From Candidatus Poribacteria bacterium (GTDB taxonomy: Bacteria > Poribacteria > WGA-4E > PCPOR2b), in assembly GCA_965218095.1 (NCBI GenBank), contig OZ244587.1:6144001-6208000 (forward strand): 64,000 nt of DNA. Direction: 5' to 3'. Made by a program: the position numbers and the translations under genes. Under the pieces are notes generated by a model. The model had not been told where the DNA came from. It searched no databases and saw only the letters and a list, made by a program, of their open reading frames with translations. This document shows, piece by piece, positions 58,801 to 64,000 of this stretch. Numbering within the stretch: position 1 is the stretch's first letter; every line of letters starts with the position of its first letter.

Positions 58801-60135
58801 GTGTCAGAAATGAACATAGACACAGCCAAAATCTACGCGAAAGGCGGCAGGGGAGGGAACGGCTGCATCAGTTTTCGTCGGGAGAAATTTGTGCCGCGTG
58901 GCGGTCCCAACGGCGGGGATGGCGGGCGCGGCGGAAGCGTCATCCTCGAAGCAGTAGAAGGGATAAGTACCCTCATTGATTTGCGGCATAATCTGCATCA
59001 AGTTGCAGAAAACGGTCAGCACGGCATGGGAAAACTGATGCACGGAGCAGACGCCGCGGATCGAATCGTCAAAGTGCCCGCCGGTACGATTGTCCGGTTG
59101 GATGAAGCGGGAGAAGTTATCACAGATCTGAGGAAGACCAGCCAGCGCGTCGTTATCGCTCGCGGTGGGATTGGCGGTAAGGGAAATGCGCGTTTCAAGA
59201 GTAACACGTTTCAAACACCGCGTGTCGCCGAAAAGGGTGAACCGGGCGAGGAGCGCACTATCGCGTTGGAGGTCAAACTCATTGCGGATGTCGGCTTAGT
59301 CGGTTATCCAAACGCTGGAAAATCGACGCTGCTGGCGCGAACCTCCGCCGCAAAACCGAAGATTGCTAACTATCCATTCACAACGCTCTCGCCCAACTTA
59401 GGTGTTGTCCGAATTGACCCGGAACATAACTTTGTGCTTGCAGATATTCCCGGTCTAATCGAGGGCGCACACCACGGAGCGGGGCTGGGGCACGACTTTC
59501 TGCGGCATATCGAGCGCACGAAGATGCTCATTCATGTGGTCGATACCGCCGCCGTCGATGGGCGTGATCCAATCGCGGATTATGAGCAACTTAACGAAGA
59601 GCTTGGGTTATACAACCCGCGACTCATGCGTTTGCCCCAGTTAATCGTCCTCAATAAAATTGATCTCCCCGATGCCCAGGCCAATTTGCCGAGGATTAGA
59701 GATTACTTCGGTAAGTTGAACGAAGATAAATCCCGAGCATTGGGACGCCGCTTGTTCCCGATCTCCGCAGTCACCGGCGAGGGAGTGGATCGGCTCATCA
59801 GAGCTGTGTATCGACTCCTTCAACGAATTAACGAGCGTATTCGTGAGCGGCGAGAAACTGAGCCTTTCCAACCGACGTTCCACATTCCCAAACCAACTGA
59901 GCGATTTGAACTTATCAGACGGAAGGATCGCTTTGTCGTACGTGGCGAAGAACCACGTCGCGCCGTCCTCATGACCGATATGGAAAGCGATCAGGCGCTT
60001 GTTTTGCTTCATCGAAAACTCCAAAAAATGGGCGTTATGAATGCGTTGATCAAAGCCGGCGTCAAAGAAGGAGATACGGTTCAGGTTGATGCGTTCGAGT
60101 TTACATTCACCCCCAATGAAATCAACACAAATTAA
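58801..60135 (+). CDS. obgE: GTPase ObgE with OCT domain
   Basis: GGRGGNG...FRREKF, GYPNAGKS, DIPG, NKID, ISA, GDTV. Confidence 0.98.
   Translation: MSEMNIDTAKIYAKGGRGGNGCISFRREKFVPRGGPNGGDGGRGGSVILEAVEGISTLIDLRHNLHQVAENGQHGMGKLMHGADAADRIVKVPAGTIVRLDEAGEVITDLRKTSQRVVIARGGIGGKGNARFKSNTFQTPRVAEKGEPGEERTIALEVKLIADVGLVGYPNAGKSTLLARTSAAKPKIANYPFTTLSPNLGVVRIDPEHNFVLADIPGLIEGAHHGAGLGHDFLRHIERTKMLIHVVDTAAVDGRDPIADYEQLNEELGLYNPRLMRLPQLIVLNKIDLPDAQANLPRIRDYFGKLNEDKSRALGRRLFPISAVTGEGVDRLIRAVYRLLQRINERIRERRETEPFQPTFHIPKPTERFELIRRKDRFVVRGEEPRRAVLMTDMESDQALVLLHRKLQKMGVMNALIKAGVKEGDTVQVDAFEFTFTPNEINTN
59716..59745 (+). mobile_element. 30-bp hairpin mini-element inserted in frame in obgE
   Basis: ttgaacgaagataaatcccgagcattggga closely matches the reverse complement of 1302-1331 (ttgaacgaagtgaaatcccgactatcgggg). 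Confidence 0.7.
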
Positions 60136-61264
60136 TCGCCGTCAACTGTTAGCGCGTGCAAAGCGGATCGCCGTGAAGGTTGGCAGCACCACTATCTCGC
60201 AGAACTTTGATCTCAATCCAGAACGTTTGGATGCATTGGTGCAGGACCTGGCATCAGTGCGGAAAAGCGGCAGAGAGGTCATCTTGGTGACTTCCGGCGC
60301 AATCGCGGCGGGCACAGGGAGGTTGGGGCTTACACAACGCCCACAAATACTTCCTGAATTGCAGGCGGCGGCGGCAGTCGGACAGAGTCGTTTGATGCAT
60401 GCTTATGAACATCGGTTTTCGCAGTATGATCTGATCACGGGAACGATGCTGCTGACGCGAGATGACTTCAATGCCCGCGAGCGTTACACATACATGAGCG
60501 ATACGTTGCGCGCACTCTTGCGGCTCGGCGTTGTCCCAATCATCAACGAAAATGATACGGTCGCCGTAGAAGAGATTAAGGTTGGGGACAACGACACGCT
60601 GGCTGCTTACGTGACCAATCTAGCAGAGGCGGACCTGCTGATTATCTTATCGGATCAGGATGGGTTTTATACAGCAGATCCGCGCCGGGATGCGGACGCC
60701 AAGTTAATCAGCCTCGTCTATGATGTCACGGACGAGTTAAAACGCACGGCGGGAAGTGCTGGGAGTGCAAGTGGCACCGGTGGAATGAGCACGAAGTTAC
60801 GCGCCGCAGAAATTGTGACCGGATCTGGCGAGATGATGGTGCTTGCAAATGGAGGCGAACCCCAGGTTGTCAACCGCATCCTGGCCGGGGAAAAAATCGG
60901 GACATTGTTCCTCCCCCAAGAACGAATGTCGGGGCGGAAACGGTGGATCGCCTACTCCCGCGCCCCAAGAGGTCGCGTGTTTATGGATAACGGCGCGCGT
61001 CGTGCGGTGGCCTATCATGGTAGGAGTCTCCTGCCGTCAGGGATTCGTAAGGTGGAAGGGAACTTTAAGTACGGGGACACCGTCTCCTGTCTGGACGAGA
61101 ACGAGCAGGAGTTTGCCAGAGGGCTTGTCAATTATGATACCCGAGAGCTGATGCAGATTATGGGCAAACAGACCGGCGAAATTGAAGAAATCCTCGGATA
61201 CCACTATTACGACGAAGTGATTCATCGGGATAATCTGGTCGTGATGCGTAAACGTGATGCGTGA
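60116..61264 (+). CDS. proB: Glutamate 5-kinase with PUA domain
   Basis: VKVGS, TSGAIAAG, INEND, GDND, GTGGMSTK. Confidence 0.97.
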   Translation: MKSTQINRRQLLARAKRIAVKVGSTTISQNFDLNPERLDALVQDLASVRKSGREVILVTSGAIAAGTGRLGLTQRPQILPELQAAAAVGQSRLMHAYEHRFSQYDLITGTMLLTRDDFNARERYTYMSDTLRALLRLGVVPIINENDTVAVEEIKVGDNDTLAAYVTNLAEADLLIILSDQDGFYTADPRRDADAKLISLVYDVTDELKRTAGSAGSASGTGGMSTKLRAAEIVTGSGEMMVLANGGEPQVVNRILAGEKIGTLFLPQERMSGRKRWIAYSRAPRGRVFMDNGARRAVAYHGRSLLPSGIRKVEGNFKYGDTVSCLDENEQEFARGLVNYDTRELMQIMGKQTGEIEEILGYHYYDEVIHRDNLVVMRKRDA

Positions 61265-61355
61265 AACGTGATACGTGAAAATGAAAAGTATGATTATCAA
61301 TAATGAGTTAAAAAGCTTTGCAGATTATTGTTGGAACGTGACGAAAGGAGTTTTC

Positions 61356-62303
61356 ATGAAATACTCAAATAACAAGTTACACTTTACCATCTTGATATTC
61401 TCTGTATGCCTCTGGATTGGCTGCCAAGCAGGAATACTCAATACCGGAGAGGTCGGCACAAGCGAGAATCCCCTCGAAAAATCGGGCGAGTTGGCGAAAA
61501 GCGAAGTCTGGGCAGGAAAGATCTTGATCACCGGCGATGTCATTGTGCCGGAAGGGATAACGTTGACCATTCGATCCGACTCCGTTGTCGGCTTTGACCC
61601 GATGACCGGCGTCCATCAGTTGATTGTACGTGGGTCGCTGTACGCGGAAAGCGAGCCAGACCGCTTGATTATATTTGGTTCGCTCGGATCTGACACGGAA
61701 CGTCCCAAAACCGGCGATTGGATCGGCATCCGGTTGGAAGAAACGAGTCTCAATTCGCGTCTTAGTTACTGTCGGATTCAGCACGCCGACACGGGGCTCT
61801 CCTGCCAATCTGATGGGGTGCAGATTGAAAACTGCTTGTTGATCGATAACAAGCTGGCAATCCTTTGCGACAATGTGGCCCCAGTGATAAGCGATAATGA
61901 GATCAATAAAAATGGCACAGCAATCAAATGCCTCAAAAATGCGTCCCCAGAAATCACCCGGAATTCAATCCAGGCGAATGAATTCGGGCTTGTCTGTGAT
62001 GATGACTCTCGACCGATGATTCATCACAACGAAATCTCCACCAATTATCAACATGCGATTGTGTGCTACGCGTCTGCTTCGCCAGAGATTGTTTCCAACA
62101 ACATTACCCTCAACGGTGGTTGGGCGGTGTATGATGGCGGTCGACTGCGCGAAAATTATCTACGTGGCAACAAGGAGATTGGACCGGATGTCGTAGATCG
62201 TGGGACGGGACGGGATAGTGGGCAATTCTACGGTGTAGACGAAGTTTTGGATCCGCGTACTGCCCCTGTACCTGACGCTGGCGTGCAACGGGAGAGATAC
62301 TAA
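61356..62303 (+). CDS. Lipoprotein with right-handed parallel beta-helix
   Basis: Lipobox-like WIGC; repeated SPEI..N.I..N..AI.C units. Confidence 0.8.
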   Translation: MKYSNNKLHFTILIFSVCLWIGCQAGILNTGEVGTSENPLEKSGELAKSEVWAGKILITGDVIVPEGITLTIRSDSVVGFDPMTGVHQLIVRGSLYAESEPDRLIIFGSLGSDTERPKTGDWIGIRLEETSLNSRLSYCRIQHADTGLSCQSDGVQIENCLLIDNKLAILCDNVAPVISDNEINKNGTAIKCLKNASPEITRNSIQANEFGLVCDDDSRPMIHHNEISTNYQHAIVCYASASPEIVSNNITLNGGWAVYDGGRLRENYLRGNKEIGPDVVDRGTGRDSGQFYGVDEVLDPRTAPVPDAGVQRERY

Positions 62304-62305
62304 GA

Positions 62306-62338
62306 CGTGATGCGTGATGCGTGATGCGTGATGCGTGA
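62306..62338. repeat. Heptamer tandem repeat (CGTGATG)4.7; degenerate relatives at many gene junctions
   Basis: cgtgatgcgtgatgcgtgatgcgtgatgcgtga. Confidence 0.95.
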
Positions 62339-62356
62339 AAAGGTTCAAATGAAAAT

Positions 62357-63070
62357 ATGGCTAAACCTACACAAATATCTACCGAGCACCACAACTGGGA
62401 CGCCTGGATCGGCACAGACGAAGCGGGCAAAGGGGACTATTTTGGACCGTTGGTGGCGGCAGGTGTATACGTCAATGCTAAAACCAGCGACGCGTTACGC
62501 GCATTAGACGTGCGGGATGGGAAGAAGATCTCTGATTCACAGATCCGAAAGCTGGCGCAAGAGATCCGGATGCGCTGCGGTCATTATGTCTCACTGATTG
62601 AGGTCACTCCGCTGCGATATAATGCGCTGTATACTTCATTCACGGAAAAAGGGCAAAACCTGAACCATCTCCTGGCGTGGCTTCACGCTAGAGCGATTCA
62701 AAACCTGCTCAACCATGTGGATTGCCGCTCCATCCTTGTGGACCGCTTCGCAAATCAGGAGGTGTTAGCTGCACAGTTGCGAACGATTTGGTCGAAAATC
62801 GAGTTGATACAAGTCCCGAGGGCCGAAAGCGATATTGCTGTCGCTGCTGCATCGATTATCGCCCGCGATGCTTTTCTCAGACGGCTAGATCGGCTTTCTG
62901 GGAAGTATCAGATCCGATTGCCCAAAGGCGCGTCGCAAGTGATTGAAGCAGGAAAGCAGTTTGTTGAACTGCATGGTGCAGAATCTTTACGCCATGTCGC
63001 CAAGCTGCACTTTAGGACGACGACGGATATTTTAGGGGTTCAAGAAAGCAACAAGTTCGAAGAGCAATAG
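62357..63070 (+). CDS. rnhC: Ribonuclease HIII (short form)
   Basis: IGTDEAGKGDYFGPLV, LNHLLAWLH, VAAASIIAR, LPKGAS, AKLHF. Confidence 0.9.
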   Translation: MAKPTQISTEHHNWDAWIGTDEAGKGDYFGPLVAAGVYVNAKTSDALRALDVRDGKKISDSQIRKLAQEIRMRCGHYVSLIEVTPLRYNALYTSFTEKGQNLNHLLAWLHARAIQNLLNHVDCRSILVDRFANQEVLAAQLRTIWSKIELIQVPRAESDIAVAAASIIARDAFLRRLDRLSGKYQIRLPKGASQVIEAGKQFVELHGAESLRHVAKLHFRTTTDILGVQESNKFEEQ

Positions 63071-63086
63071 AACCGTGGAGAATCTT

Positions 63087-64000
63087 ATGTTGATTCGCTT
63101 AAAAGTTTCTGGCTTCAAAAACCTTGTCGATGTTGATGTCCCCTTGGGGCCATTTACCTGTGTTGCAGGTGCGAACGGCACGGGCAAATCGAATTTGTTT
63201 GATGCAATTCAGTTTCTCAGTGCCTTAGCTAGCCATACATTGATTGATGCAGCAAGGTCGGTGCGTAGTGAGGAAGGAAGAACAAGCAATGTGCGTAACT
63301 TGTTTCATCGTATTGGCGATACGCATACCAAGGAGATGTCCTTTGAAGCCGAGATGATAATTCCCGAAGAGGGGATAGATGATTTGGGACAGCAGGCAAA
63401 AGCAACGACGACGTTTCTCCGTTACAGTGTTGTCCTCGCGTATCGCGTGGATGACAGCCTACCTTCATTAGGGACACTCGAACTTATTGAAGAGAAACTT
63501 GAGCGTTTAAAATTGGGCGATTGGAGAAAACATCTAAAATTTGCTGACAAAAGAAAAGCCTGGCGCGATTCTGTACTAAAAGGCAGAAGAGTAGTCCCCT
63601 TCATTTCAACTGGAAATCAAGAGGGGAACCGAGTGATAAGGTTACACCAAGACGGAGGAAGTAGTGGTAGACCTCAGACGATTCTGGCGAAAAACCTCCC
63701 GCGTACCGTGCTTTCTACTGTCAACGCCACAGAGAGTCCGACAGCACTTTTAGCGCGTCGTGAAATGCAGTCTTGGCGGTTACTCCAATTGGAGTCTTCT
63801 TCATTGCGCGAACCTGATGAGTTCACAAGGCCACCCGGCTTAGAGAGCGATGGCTCTCACTTGCCGGCAACTTTATATCAACTGGCACGGTCTCAAAAAA
63901 ATACAAACCAAGCCTCTAAGGAGGAAGATGAGACTTGGATATATGACCAGGTCGCTGCCCGTCTATCAGAACTGATTGACGATGTTTACGCTGTCAGGAT
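63087..64000 (+). CDS. Predicted ABC/AAA_21-type ATPase, 3'-partial
   Basis: MLIRLKVSGFKNL...GANGTGKSNLFDAI; frame open to window end. Confidence 0.88.
   Translation, partial: MLIRLKVSGFKNLVDVDVPLGPFTCVAGANGTGKSNLFDAIQFLSALASHTLIDAARSVRSEEGRTSNVRNLFHRIGDTHTKEMSFEAEMIIPEEGIDDLGQQAKATTTFLRYSVVLAYRVDDSLPSLGTLELIEEKLERLKLGDWRKHLKFADKRKAWRDSVLKGRRVVPFISTGNQEGNRVIRLHQDGGSSGRPQTILAKNLPRTVLSTVNATESPTALLARREMQSWRLLQLESSSLREPDEFTRPPGLESDGSHLPATLYQLARSQKNTNQASKEEDETWIYDQVAARLSELIDDVYAVR

Overview
Bacterial chromosomal window of about 50% GC with no rRNA, tRNA, CRISPR array, integrase or reverse transcriptase that I can see. Gene content (several PhyH dioxygenases, trypsin-TPR fusions, a secreted protein ending in GKxxxxWGxLK) suggests a Candidatus Poribacteria-like genome; this is inference. 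Housekeeping genes: aroC, argF, thrC, rng, rplU-rpmA, obgE, proB, rnhC. Functional clusters: a sigma-54 activator with a downstream -24/-12 operon, a BatA/DUF58 pair split by a methyltransferase plus toxin-antitoxin remnant islet, an RsbU/V/W module, a PhyH/TPP-enzyme/ADH catabolic cluster, a phosphate/polyphosphate cluster, a linked histidine kinase and PorX-like regulator, and a 4.3-kb accessory insert between rpmA and obgE (two sister serine proteases, one with a near-identical TPR array, and a DUF2971-like gene followed by an attC site). Less obvious features: (i) a ~30-bp hairpin mini-element (TTGArCGwAGnnAAATCsCGA-loop-TyGrGr) nested inside GTAG-type palindromes without a clear target duplication and inserted in frame in obgE; (ii) five recent 12-22 bp tandem micro-duplications; (iii) roughly 15 pseudogenes with varied lesions. 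All calls come from reading the sequence and ORF translations; no database search was run.
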